A stretch of DNA of 64,000 nucleotides from Orbicella franksi (Eukaryota). How positions within the stretch are numbered: position 1 is the first letter of the stretch; each line of letters starts with the position of its first letter. The DNA lies in assembly GCA_964199315.1 (NCBI GenBank), contig OZ116700.1, forward strand, positions 10,850,001-10,914,000, written 5' to 3'. Made by a program: the position numbers and the translations under genes. The notes under the pieces are model-generated. The model worked only from the letters and a program-made list of their open reading frames with translations. It was not told the origin of the DNA and did no database searches. This document shows positions 25,701-38,786 of this stretch, piece by piece.

Positions 25701-27379
25701 CAATAAAACTGAAAGATATGGAAGAAAAACAAATTGGGCAAAATTTAAATACAATTTCAGCAAGGTTACAAGAAGATAATTAAATAATTTGAATCTCTCA
25801 ATTTAACTGAAAAAATTTCTTAGTCACAAAGCCACAAGAAAACTTTCCAACATTAAAATTTTGCAATTTAAATAACAACTATAGGCAGCTGTATACTGCC
25901 TGATAAAGAACAAAACAAAATAAAGCCAAGTTTACGTGAACGTTCCCTTATATTTATGTATGTTGGGGTGTTACAAAGCAAAAGGTGACTGATTTAGTAA
26001 CATATGAAAAATGTATATTGTATTTGAAAATCATTGTACTTATAATCATTTGTGCTGAAGATTATCAAAAAATTTCAGTTGAAAAATAAATGTTAGAAAA
26101 TATAAATTATTTTCACCGATTGAGGTAGAACATTGGACAAAAAGAGCCATTTGAAAACAAGATTATATTACAAATCGAACGGAAAAGAAGTGTTTGCTTG
26201 CATAAATAAATAAATTATTCTGAATTGAAATCTTCCACAAATTGATGCCTTCCCATAATTTGATAATGAAACTTGAAATAAAAAACATTTTAAATTTTTC
26301 TACCAAACAGCACACTTAATACTGATAGGATTTTGCACTAAGAGAAAAAGAAACAAACATTGGAGGTGTAACAGGGAGGAAGAAAACGGCCACCAGGAAT
26401 CTACAAGCAAAAAGTTAAACATAAACATTGACAGGGAAAAAAAAAACAAAGATACAAAAACTTACCATACGAAACTCTTTGATAGCACAAATAAAATATG
26501 CCACATCCGGTCTTTGACTGTCGATATAAACGCAGTCTGTGAAAAGAAGTAAAAAGATTAATTTTTTGAGCGAGGCTAGCTAAAAATGAAAAATTTGAAC
26601 TCCGCGTGCCGCGCGCATAACCCGTGTTTGTTTTGATGTTCTGGTTTATTTGTTTCAAAATGTTTTGAAAGCGTTTAACCAAGTCCCGTGGAAATCGTGA
26701 ATTTTCAACATAGCCTTCATCGAGGAAACGATTTAACAAAGTCCCCAGGTAAAAATTGCTTTATATATCGCATCAGCAACGCGACTAATTCTTAATGATT
26801 TCCACAACAAAGGTAAACATGTCGAATGCAAATTTACAATTTACACGAGCCATAGGCCACATTGTTTAGCGGAAAGAGCATTGTTCGCAATAGACCACAG
26901 AATCTATAAGAACAAAAACAGAACGCATAAGAAACTGTTGATAGCACGTTTGTCCTCAAACTTCGCTAGGAACAAGATAAATGTTTTAAAAATCGTTCTT
27001 TGAAGTCGACGAGCAATACAGAATTGTCAATGCTAGGTGTATTTTTCCCTTTCGTGTGTGATATTAATTACAAGTAATTATTCTAATAGTACAAACAATC
27101 CATATCGTTTTTGACACAGAACGGCTTTTGAAATTCGACAAATTTCTCCGAAGTTCTCTTCTGCTTACCTCCCGGTTCGTAGTAAACATCTTCTTCTGAA
27201 GTGTAAGTCAACTTCGAAGGCTCGGCATTTTCGCTTTTCTTATCGCTACTAGCCGATCTCCCGGCTTGTTTCCTTCCCTTTAATTCACTGCCCTTGTCGT
27301 CTTGAGAGATCGAATTCCTTGTTGAATTGGTCACACTTTTACACTCTGAAGTAGCTTCACTTCTGCCACCCATGTTCAT
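16765..27379 (-). CDS. RERE: Atrophin-family co-repressor RERE-like (BAH-ELM2-SANT-GATA zinc finger-atrophin), about 1078 aa; exons 27169..27379, 26466..26536, 25072..25177, 24242..24335, 23622..23729, 22602..22650, 22271..22342, 21864..21919, 21618..21717, 21153..21251, 20795..20875, 20558..20696, 20396..20456, 19940..20241, 19001..19191, 18542..18628, 18108..18449, 16765..17832
   Basis: Manually spliced exons, all GT-AG and phase-compatible (total 3237 nt). They read [26 protein letters not shown]; [31 protein letters not shown]; [23 protein letters not shown]; [28 protein letters not shown] (BAH/ELM2); [25 protein letters not shown]; [30 protein letters not shown]...[13 protein letters not shown] (SANT); [15 protein letters not shown]...[13 protein letters not shown] (GATA); [10 protein letters not shown] and an HX repeat (atrophin region). 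An in-frame TAG lies upstream of the ATG at 27379 (alternative ATG 27373). The acceptor of exon 19001..19191 is the least certain boundary. Confidence 0.93.
18735..18864. repeat. About 130-bp direct repeat shared by two RERE introns (second copy about 21413..21544)
   Basis: GTCAATCTTCTCCATCCT-x-AACCATCCTTGATTCTTTA-x-GGTTTATTATTATCTCT...TTTCC-x-TCAATTTAAAGG present at both positions. Confidence 0.8.
22855..23425. mobile_element. Degenerate MITE in a RERE intron with a nested CAGTGG...CCACTG element (23003..23129)
   Basis: Outer TIR GTGGCACTAAATTTTTG / CAAAAATTTAGTGCCAC; inner element CAGTGGTGGATCCAG...AATTTGCCACTG. Confidence 0.55.
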
Positions 27380-28620
27380 ATCTATTCCTCGCCGGCGAAA
27401 GGTTCTCTTTGGAGCAAACGTGTTACAACCAACTTCCCCAGCTCGAGGGATCTCGTCCGATTCGAAAGTGGTGAAACCAGGCACTCTATTCGCGGATGCT
27501 TCTGTGGCAAACTATCCACTGACCTGAAACATTGAACAGGAAAGTGAATAAATTGTACTTGAAAAATCCTTGTCCTTCCGATGAACGCTCCTTTCAACAC
27601 CTCTCGACCGACACCTCATAATGTAATTCCTAATTTATTCAGACAATTAACCTTACAATAGACACGCTCTCGCGACAGGAAATTTTAAATCTGCCCAATC
27701 CTACAATCTATTTACCTTAAATCGAAGTTCCAGTCAAGTTAACTCCATAAAACCACTGTCGATCTCTTTGCTTGATTTTCAACGTCGGCGGAGTCACGAA
27801 TGTCGAGTACCTTGCGGTTTCCGCTTGAATAAATTCTGTGTATAATGTGAATGACACCAAAGAAACCACATTAGAAACCAATTGACGGCTACCACTACAT
27901 AAAAATTTCGGTTGCGGACCGGTGGATTTTGAAAGTGAAATAACAGGGATTTTACACTACTAGACACAAGATCAAACGCACTGGAAGCGATAAAGACAGC
28001 GCAAATCTTTCCTATCGTGAAAGTCGACGAGTCGGTGACACATTCTAAAATCTATTGTTTTAAGATGATTATGAAGACAACGACCCACACCAGATATTCA
28101 CCGCCTTCAAAGCGAACAATTTTTCACCGGAACCTCCAGAAGCAAAAACCCGATGCCCGAACTATAAAACGACTGTTCAAAAGAAAATTGTTTTGCTTTT
28201 CTCTCGCTTTCACTTTGGAACGTAACTTTTTTCAAAACAGCAAAGTAAACATGCTAACCGTGGGATTTATTCCCTTGTTCGTGTTTGAAAAACCCTAGAA
28301 AAACATTAACAAACACAACTGAATGCCATCCGCCCACAGAAGTTGCCGTTACTTGCTGCTAAACGAAAGCTTGTCGAATTCAAGGAGAAAATTCGCATAT
28401 AATAGCTGTGCTCTGTTTTACATGTGTTGTAAATATAATATATTATTAACACGAGAGATGTGGACGATTATTGTCTCAACAGCGATTACACTTCAAACCG
28501 TTGAAACGACTTGTCCAAATGGAAATGTTGTCTACGCGAGTGAGCTCGCCGTGAAGGCGCAAACATAGAAGAACAAGAATACGGGAAAAAATACAAAATA
28601 TTTTCGAAGGAGCAACTTAC

Positions 28621-28990
28621 CTCTACAATACGACAACCATTTAACCATTTATATCGAGATGAACGGAAATTTGCAGAGTCAAATCAGGCTATTTCAAAAC
28701 GAGAGATGCACGCGCTTTCAAGAAGGAACAGATCACCTTTGACGAGAGGACAACCGCACAAATCTTGGCTAGAATCGCTGTGAGTAGTCCAACAAATGCT
28801 AACCCCCGGCCGAGAAAATGCTCTCTCCGTCAGCTCAATGCATAAACCGCACAATTTGGCTGTTTAGATGAGCAAAGAAGACAAGAGAGAAGTGAACAAA
28901 CCGAGAACAGATGGTTTCTTTGTCGATCGTGATTGGCGAAATCAGCATGAGGCGTTGCAAGAAGCTCTCTGATTGGCTGAGAGATCCTTA
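28621..28990 (-). promoter_or_regulatory. Probable RERE promoter and non-coding first exon
   Basis: Minus-strand donor GAG|GTAAGT at 28621/28620; CpG-rich; two CCAAT boxes (GATTGG on +) at about 28930-28980; matching acceptor TTTCAG| at 27524/27523 upstream of the ATG. Confidence 0.5.
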
Positions 28991-31900
28991 AATGCGTGAA
29001 CCCTGTCATATCACCTGCGAGCTTATTTTGATTGAGGAGTTAAGTACATGTCAAGGCTATTTCGACTACTTACATTTCTAATCCGAGCGTTAAACTACTC
29101 AAATACAAATCAAGCCTTCCGAATCCCTGCTCGTTTGAGGCAGAAAATCTACGACATTAAAGAACTGCGATTGTTTCCGCAGGGACTAGTACAATTCATT
29201 TGACGCTTCCGACTGAAATTTTGAATACCGGGAGCTAAATAATGGTCTTGCTGACAACGATCACAAGTTCATTTTGTAAACACTTTTTTTTTTCCTGTCA
29301 ATCATAGAGTCACACTTCAAATCGTCGCCTCTCCAACAATCCGAGGTTCAAAAGTAAATTTACAGTTCGCTCCTTGTTCTCGCTTGAAAAAACAGGGTTA
29401 GAGGTAAATTCTCGCCCCGGGCGAAAACATAATTACAATCGACGTGCCTTTAAAAACGTCGTTTAGCCTATGAGAAGATATTCACAATGCTGGTAAAGTT
29501 CAACAACGTCACAACCATTCATTTTGTTATTGTTACACAAAATCTCGAAAACAAGGCGCATAACAACAGATATCCAGAACAGCTTCAGGCAATCACTGAT
29601 CGCGAAACATTAAAATCACTCAAGCGACAACGCTTTCAACAGAGGGACTCACAGTAAATAGTCGTGTGAAACTCTTCGATATATGTGGCAACAGAGCGCT
29701 AAGAATAACTAAAAATGTGATTATTACACTTTGATTCAAAGCTAACAGTTTCTGTGACTCCAAAAGACGACTTGATGTCGCTCAGTAGGGGGGGCGTTAA
29801 AATCGCTTGCAATATATCCTAGTGCCGGCGCGTAACCGTATATACAAATATAAATTAAGCGGATTTTATTTTTTCTATTTTTGGATCCAAAAGACTGGCA
29901 TTTCTTTTCTAAGCTGAAGCATTAAACAAAACAAACCGTGCAAAGCAGATCCTTTTATGTTATACAAACTAATCTGCTACACCAGCCGCTGAAAAAAAAA
30001 AAAATTGACTTCCCTTGTTAGGTAGGGCTGAGCAAATATACTTCATGTCTACAATCAGTGTACCTTAAGAGTGCACTATCCTTGCATGAATTCAAACTGA
30101 TCGCGAATAACTTTTTGATCTATTCTTTGAAAAAAGAAAAATCCTTCTTGTTGTTGTTATAAACAAAATTTCTGATTTCTTATAATCAGCGGAACAAATT
30201 ACCGAAAGAATAGAAAGGCGATGAGCGGAGAATGCGAGGAAAATTCTTGCTGTTTCAATATCTTTGAAATATCTGTTGACATATTTCAATAACTTGACGT
30301 GACTTTGGTTTTCTAAAGCGAATATGCATGATGCACTTTAAAAAGCGTTTTATTTTATTTTTATATGTACCTTATTTAATTTCTAGATGGAGAGAAAACT
30401 ATACTTGCCGATTTCTGAAACATTGGTGAAAATTTGAATTTTCGTGATGGTTTCAATAGATACAAGCAGATGTCGCTCTGCTCGTTAAACTGACATGATA
30501 TAAACACCGCGTAAGGCATTTTAAATGAGGAAAACAACATGTATAAATTTCTTTAGCGATTTATTACTCCCGATAAATTTAACAAACAAACTGTGAAAGT
30601 AAAGTAATCGACCTTTCTTCCTGCCTGACTGAAATAACAACCAATAAGGTTGACGGAGCTCATGTCGTGTTACTGCACGCGTATGATGTGCGGTTTTAGC
30701 TTAAAACGTGTCATCCTTGGTTTATAGCAGATATTCCAACCGACCCCTCGTTTTCGCTCGAGTGGGAAAAACAAAAACAAGCCAACTTGGCTTTGAATTT
30801 ACCAGAAAAATCTTTCTGTTATTGTTGAAAAGTCACTTTTACGCTTGTGTGCTCGAGAATAAAAGCGAAACACTACAGCAAACGAAACGTCTGGTTGAAG
30901 TCATTGTAAATTGTTGTAATACCCTAATAAGATAGCCCAGTTTATAAATGCCGTATGACGCGTCAACCGCAATATCTGATTAAAAGATAACTACAAATTT
31001 ACCTTTTCCTTTAGAAAATGCTTGACTTTGGTTATCCGGAGAGTTAAATGGGTTGAAATTCTTGCCTGAAATCCCTTTGGCTGCTGTTAGCGCGCTCTAA
31101 ATGCAATTATTGCTAATTACAAAATCATTTACGAAATATAAACGCGAGCAAAATAGACATATGAATACATTACAAGCATACCGGCTTAATTCTACTAATT
31201 AAACATTCATCAAGATCTCTGCGAATGCATGGCAGTTTTGGCGAGCTCAAATCGAACTTTGACGAAGCGATCTCAAAACTTGAACTCTGAACAGTAGCTA
31301 GAAAAAGAATATTTCCCACTGGAAAGCTTGTGACATTCGATCCTGATCTGGAACCCCGACGGCTCGGCAGCTTGTTCGAAAGTAGCCTTCCGTTTATAAT
31401 AACCTTTGACGCCTCTATTCACTCACACGTTTTCAAACAAAAACGTTCTGAAATCTCTGCAAGCTATGAAAAGCTGAAAGGTTTTATACCTGTAAACATT
31501 TCGAGTCCTTGCGCGCGAGAAGGATGATGTAAAAGTTGATAATTTAAAGGGGTCGGGAGACATCCGTTGCGAGCCCCGACACCGCCGCATCACGAAGTAT
31601 GCACGCCGTTTCAAATGTTTTTCAAATTCACGAACCAAGAACAGGATTAACACAACTCCGAATATAAATGTAAATGTACACGAAATGTAAGAAGTCACGA
31701 TCTTACCTTTCCAGAAACGAGTAGCGAGTAGCAATTTTGAAACTCTACTCGACGAGAGCAAGATCTTTGGTGTTTATCACTTGAGATCTGAAATAGAATT
31801 CTCGATATCACACATTTGGCCCACTTAAATCGTCCCCTTGGGAGAAGTTATTCATGTTTTTAGATAATCACTACCGGAAGTTGTCACAACAGTGACGTTT

Positions 31901-33094
31901 GCCAACACCACGAATTCCGTGTTCTCGCTCCCTTAGCCCCGTCAACAACAGAAAAATGCAACTACAGTCCAATTTTATTCCGCACTTTTCTATTAAAACG
32001 ATAAATTCAAAACAAATTTGAAAAGTTATCCGCCATACCGCACGCGGTTGGCAAAACACAATAAACAATGAAATTGACATCACAAAGGCGACGTAATGTA
32101 GATTTCAAGTTTATATAGCAACTACATCTCAAAGCAACGGAGCTTATTCGAAGTTATTTTCTCGATGAGATCTTAACTGCCTCGTCGTTGACAAATTTTT
32201 GAGCCTATTTGTCATTTGATGCACTTTTTAGCCTGAACTCTGCGACGGAAATTATCAGCTGCAGAAAACGGGTTTATCTTATATTGTTTTCAAAGACAGC
32301 TGCATCGAACTGGGTGGAATAACTGATCAATATGATTTCTGAAAGCAAATGAGAGCTATCGGTCGATATTTATGTATTGTAAATGGCTTATTTAAAAGGC
32401 TTGGATATGATTATGAGGTAATTACTACCTCCGCTTTTGAAAAGCGACAATTTCTTTAAACAGTAAGCAAGTCAGTTTTCTTTTTCTTTCTTAAGTTTTC
32501 CCCGAGCGCTTTCAAGTTGTTTGTTTTTTTAAAAGGAAGATAAGTCTAATTTACACTTCGAATAATTTCAGCTGAAAAAATAACTCGGCGCCACTCTCAC
32601 AAATAACGTGTTTCTTTTGAAGCCAATATACTTGTCTAAACAGACACGAAGCACAGCTCGAACTTGTGATCGGTCGCTCTTGTAATTTATACATGTTCAT
32701 GCGTTTGTTCTTTTATTCGGGTGCACACACGCGTTAAATTAGCTTTGTTTGTGGAACAAATGATCTTTGAATGAATTGTTCAATGTGTGTACACAGGCGC
32801 TTTTTAACACACGAATAGAAAGTAATGATGATCTAGGTGCAAAGATCTCCGTTTTGAGCCATCTTTTGAACAGTATTAGCCGGAATAAAATGTAGTATGA
32901 GTTGTTTTTTAAAATTTCGATGTTGTACAAATATTTAGAAATTTTACATATATTTCACTCCTCAGTGAAAAGGTCCTTTGGCTGTGAGACAAGCCTGTCT
33001 CCACGTGTCTCGATCTGCCGCGATCGGGAATTAAACAAGGTACAAAGGGAAATATTGCCTCTACGTTGGGGGTGGATACTTGATAAAAACCTTA

Positions 33095-33502
33095 GGCCTA
33101 GTTCAGACACCGAACTTTTCATGAGCCGAACTTAATTCGAATTTGGACCGACCCAAATTATCAAAAGTACACCTGTTGATTCAGACGTCGAACTTAATTC
33201 GTCGAACTTTATTTAGTTTAAACCAAAACACATCGAAATGTCAGCGATTTTCAGGCAAAGTAAAAACTACTGGTAAAATACGTTATAATAATTTAGACAT
33301 TAGGTTCGGCTCATGAAAAGTTCGACGTCTGAATCAAAGCCGTTCCAAAGCCGAAATTCCCGGCTGAGCTAGGCGGGAAGAACGGCTGGGCCGTTCCAAA
33401 TTCAAATAGCCGTTCTTAACTGATTCAGACGCCGAACTTTTCATGTACTTAATTCAATGTATTTGGTTCGGCTCATGAAAAGTTCGGCGTCTGAACTGGG
33501 CC
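33095..33502. mobile_element. PIF/Harbinger-type MITE (408 bp)
   Basis: Long TIR GGCC(T/C)AGTTCAGAC(A/G)CCGAACTTTTCATGAGCCGAAC; TTA on both flanks; internal copies of the TIR core. Confidence 0.9.
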
Positions 33503-36500
33503 TTAGTCACAAAAATGTTTCAATCAGTCCCATGTGAAAAATGGGCGGAAACCTTCTTGCTAATGTTACTATGACAGATTAGAGCGCGTTCACACCAGAC
33601 ACTTTCAATGGGTTTGAGTTGCCCGCGTCCCAGAAATAATCTTGGGTTCCATTTTTAGAGCAACGGGTTTCTTAGCTTCAGAGAAAAACAACAGGGGCCT
33701 AATAATATTGATACGTTCACAAGAGATCCGGAAATCCGCCCAGCGGATCAAGTTGAGTATTAAATGAGGGGACTGCTGGATGAAACATCGCCCATTCCTG
33801 ACAAGACAACGACGAAAAGCTTCTATTCTATCAGGAGGACGGCACAGTGAGTCTCAAATCTCTGAGGTATGTGCGAAAAAAAAAAGCCACCTAAGGACTT
33901 ACAGCGAGCAACTTCAAGTAATTTCTGTGAAGAGTGAAACGACTTTCTGAAACTGCAAAGTCTGCAATTGCCACGAAAAATATCACGCGGTGAAAAATCA
34001 CTACAGTATTTTTACTGCGATAAAAATAACTTATGTGCATATCTGGTGAATATGATACCGAAGGACTGCAGACGTGCTTCTGGGGGACAATTATCTTCCC
34101 TCCCAGCTGTCAGAAAATTATTCAACACAATTTTATCTCTGTCGTCGATAGATAGGTTGAGGTGCCCTGTCTGATGTGTGGCATGGCACGCGACAACCAT
34201 CACGCAATCTCAAAGGTGTCACGTCACACTTAACTGTGTTTGTTTTGGTTTTTCAGACTTTCAGGTGAAAGATGCGGGCTTGCACAATAAAATGAGACTA
34301 GCTACAATTATTATTAGCTAGCTCTAACTATAATCTTATTAGAGCTGGCTAAAATCGTTAAATATTGCAGTGCAGTGTTCTCTTCAAGTCACGATGCAGA
34401 ATGTTCCATATCGAGATAGGCCGAACATGCCAAATAGCCGTGTATGCTCCGGGTGTATGCTCCACTGCGTCGTGTACATAAGTGTGTTTGATCTAGAGGG
34501 TTTGATTCTCGTGTTGTTTCACTAAACTGATTGGCACACCCCCACAAAAAATTCCAATGAGTACTCACCAAGGATCGGCCGTATTAGACAATTGTAAAAA
34601 TGGAAGGCGGGGGAGTAGAGAGAGGGTTTATTTTGCCCACCCCCAGACGCAACAATCTGACAACCAAGCAGACGGAAGACTGCGCCATTCTGTACTCCAA
34701 CACCCCTTCTTTGAGTCTGCTAGTACGTAATATAAGCTTGATTTATAGAGCGGCAGTAAGAGGGTTCATAATCCTCTGATCCGACAGTATTAACAAACAT
34801 TAGCTAGACCTTCGACGACAGGAAATAAACTGCAAATTATATTATATTGTTCCTCGAACGTACGTCCTGTTACCAACGCTACCAGATTTTAAACATAAAC
34901 AGTATTGGTGATCAATATTATTTGAGGTTACTGAGCCCTTTAGTCCTGCGACTGTTTTACTTAATAACAAAACATAAAAGCAATATCACCAACTGACAGA
35001 AATGAAGAAGATGATTGTTTCCAGAACTCTCCACTCTTTGATCTCGCGTGGGAGTCCCGCGTGTCGTGCGGGTAAGCAGTGTTTGCTTAGTGAGGTGTTG
35101 GGATGTTTTTCACGTTGAGCAATTTTTTCCTCTGGTTCGTTTTCTTTATTCAGGTTTGAAATCAACGAGGTTGGTGAATACATATGCAAATATGCGGGCT
35201 TGCGCGTGGTAATCTCGTTATAAGTAGAAAATTACGTTTATAGAAACACAAATCTAGATAATTCTGGATTGTCTGGCAAAACATATGCGCTAAGAGGCCT
35301 AAGACGCCTAAAAATAAGACATCGCTTTTAATGGATCGGGCGGTATGCACAAAAAGCGCTTAATAGTGATATCACTAAATACTTAACTATAAATATGCGA
35401 GCAACGTCTGTGGCGTATGAGCCCCGTATGCGCCCCGTATGCGTGACCATTAAAAATACCAACCAAGCCTGACGCCGGAATTGAACAATGAAGTGATTGG
35501 CGAACAATAGGCGATACACTATTAAGGAAAGAGTAAACGGAAATTCGAGTGACACCATTTGCTAGTATACTTCCTTCGCTGTTAGATTGAAAGAAAGCGG
35601 TTTCAAATAAGAGTTCCTGCGTTTAGTGGTAAAACATGGTGTTTATCAGCTGGTTAGAGACAGCTGTGATTCCTGTGTTGATATGTGGTGCACAGAATCT
35701 GTGAAATGCGTGTGACCTCCCACTTCGTCCATTGTTCTTCGTCGAAGCTGTCAGCGCCATCCAAATTTGCAATATGGAACAGAAAGATCCCAATTACGAC
35801 CCCAAATGTCTTCATGTGCTGACAAAACTGACAAAAGTGCCATCTCTACGAAAAGGACGTTAATTTCTTTAGGAATGTAGCCGTATCTGTTCCGATCCTC
35901 GCCACAGCTGACCCGACATAATGACCTCAATATTATGTATTTACACAAAAGTGACCGATAATCTCGAATCCTCTTTAAATCTGTTCTCCAAAGATGCGTC
36001 CCGGCGACACAGACGAAAACATCAGTCCTCTTGGCATATCCGCCCTTATTACGTCACATATTTGCCCAGACAAACTGGAGCTTCGAAAAAACATTTCTTA
36101 CAAAGTTGTAGGACTTTGTAGACTCTGTTTTCATGCAGTGCCCGTTCTTCAATAACATAAACTCGAACCTTATCTGTCCAGAATCAACCGTAATCGCATG
36201 ACCTACACTGTCGACCCCTTGAAAGATTATGGCTGGAGCTAATGACGGCTCGCTTGCATTCCATCAGATTCATAAGAGCCAGAGTTTGTGTATTCTCGAC
36301 TCTGGAATTCTGAACAGGACATACGGTCTGTCTTGAAAATCAAGTACTCGCTTCCAAATTCTCAACACCACTTTGGGAAACAGTATCTTAAAACTAGCCA
36401 AGAACTTCTAAAGAAATGCGAGAGCGAGAGCTATTTGTTTTCACAAGCCACCTTGTTCCTTTGTGTAAAAGATTAGCAATGCAATCATGGCCCCTTAATC

Positions 36501-37943
36501 AATATTACATGCAAGCAGATTCTCTAGCCCTTAATCACGCCTTTTCGTTTGCTTTTTAGAACCCCTTTAAATGCAACATCGGAGAAGCCACTTTAAGTAT
36601 CTCAGAAAGAAAGCGTTACAACTGTTCCTCACCTTTTGAAAACTGAAGACGACGAGCAAAATTTCGATCTGTACTCCACTGCTACTTGAGCCGTGTAATG
36701 TGGATATGAGTGTCTACACTGTGCTACAAGAATGGCAGTTGTCACAGGGGTCAAATGATATTAGCTAATGTCTGTCATACGGGAACAATTGATTCACCAC
36801 TTTGTTAAACCCCCGAGGGCTCAACATCATAATACACAACACGCAAAACTTTAGTGTAATTGCGATCGAGTTTTCTGGCGAGTTTTGAATTCCTCGTAAC
36901 GTATAAGCTTGATTATTTTGTTGGTGTTTAGTCGGTGTGACAATTGTCGTGACTGAATCGATCTGTTGATCAGAGGTATTTGATAATTAAGTTTGAAGAG
37001 GTGATCAATGTAAACATAAGTAAGCGGCGATGAATTTTATCACGTTTCCAACAGGAATGTATGTTTATTCACGATTACACACGAACTTAATGAAGCGTGG
37101 AGATCAAACGAAAGTCTAACTGGGCAAATCTTGGCGAGAAAAAGTTTTAAACGTTGAGATTAGAGTCCCTTGTAAAGAGGGTATATGCTAAACACGTAGA
37201 GACAATATTTCAATTATCAAATTTGCAGGGTGTAAAATACATCGAGGTTGATATTACACCTCATGACGTTAGTTTGTCAACAAAGGGCAAAAGTCCTAGA
37301 AATGATAAAAATTGCAACCCCTTCGGTTTCAAGAGAGACTTAAATCTCGAAAATTAAGCGTAAGAGCTTCACAATCTGGATAGTTAATCTTCATTGTAAT
37401 ACGTCCAAAACTTCAAATGAGCAATTAACTTTTCATATAGGCAAGTGCAGGTTTCCAAATTAAGCTAACATGTCAACCCTCTTTACGCCAAATGTCAAAG
37501 TGATTACAAAACAATCGCAGACAAAAGAACTTTTAAAAAGGCTCCGTGCTCTGGGTGTTGAACCTGTCAATCATTCATGTTTCTTTGGAGCCCAATGTTC
37601 TCACGGCCATTTATCTCGTGGGGTTTGCCAAACCCTCGCCTGCACCCCTGTTCGAAATCGTTTGATTTTTCCGTGTTTTTCTGTTTGTTTTTTTTCGGAT
37701 TTTTGATTTTTTTCTCCTGGTTTCAAAGACTTGCATAAGATGATGCAGCCACATTTTCGTTTCATCAGCCGCATTTTTTAGAAAGTATTGGTGACCCTTC
37801 TTCTTAGTAATCCTAATAGGATTATCTAAAATAAACAACGAAAGATGTACGTCTTCGAAAATCGGAAAATAAGTTTCCTTTCGCAATGCCCTACCCCGAG
37901 GCTGACAGGTTACAGCAAATGCCCTACCCCGGAGATTGAAAAT

Positions 37944-38786
37944 CTCGGGTTGTATTCCCTATAATGGCCTATGCGGGGAGGATCTGCCCGAAAGGGTACC
38001 TTTCCCAGGCTTCAGGTATATCAAAGAATAGGGATTTTACACGTTGAGGCACATGAAAGGGTAGGGAAATCTGTCATTTAGGTATTTAAAAGGGTCTTTC
38101 GTTAAAATATTTCGGGCAGGTGCACCTTGTGGCTGTATGATTTAATTTATTGAACCTACGTGAAAATGACAAGAAGACTTCCTTTTTTGGAGATTTATCC
38201 ATAAGACGGGCTATGAGCAGTTACAATATTCGCAGGTAGATATGTGAGAGGGGCTGACATCCCGGAGGGTGTACTGTCAGAAATATTTGGTGGGGGTGTA
38301 CGGCCTGCTTCCCAAAACCCTTACCTTATTCATGACCAAAATCTGCGATTTTCCCTACCCTATTTATGACCAGGCCCAAAATTTGACACCCTGTTTATGA
38401 CAGTTGCGGCTGACACAGTTGCCCTAGACATAATTTTTCAAGGGCTTCTGCTTATGGTCTTATCAATAATGATGAAAAAGTAGCTTCTTCTAAACAACAT
38501 ACCCAATTCAAGAATAGAGTACAAAAACCATACCCTATTTAAGACCAAAATGGCCAAAATCGACACCCTATTCCAAAACGGCATACCCTTTGGGGCCGCA
38601 CATACCTATATAGCCCATTTAAGGGAGTACCCCCCCCCCCCCTCCCGGGGCTGACAATTTCTCAATAAAAGGAATACGAAAGAGGTATCTTTTCTGTCAA
38701 AACGGAATATAACAGGGTAACCTGAAGGGGTTAGACCTTGGGGCGGAGCCTCCCCGAACAAAAATCTTCGTTGGGTGCCACCCTCC
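37944..38786. mobile_element. CCCGGG-class MITE (host) interrupted by a second MITE
   Basis: Degenerate ends; its right part (AGGAATACGAAAG...TCTTTTCTGTCAAAACGGAATAT...GGGGTT-x-GACCT...GGCGGAGCCTCCCCG) recurs at about 13995..14085. Confidence 0.65.
38261..38649. mobile_element. CCCGGG-class MITE nested in the previous element
   Basis: Ends CCCGGAGGGTGTACT / GGGAGTACCCCCCCCCCCCCTCCCGGG; near-perfect 8-bp flank repeat GCTGACAT / GCTGACAA; homologous to the inverted copy at 40798..41199. Confidence 0.8.

Noticed and set aside
31423-31761. 112-aa ORF with a hydrophobic stretch
   Set aside because: Starts at TTG and runs through a strong splice donor at 31706, so most of it is probably intron.
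34986-35948. Three minus-strand ORFs in one frame, plus a 53-aa signal-peptide-like ORF (35654..35815, MKTFGVVIGIFLFH...)
   Set aside because: Stops interrupt the frame, no family motif (the Cys spacing does not fit insulin-like peptides or coral SCRiPs), and splice signals favour the plus strand.
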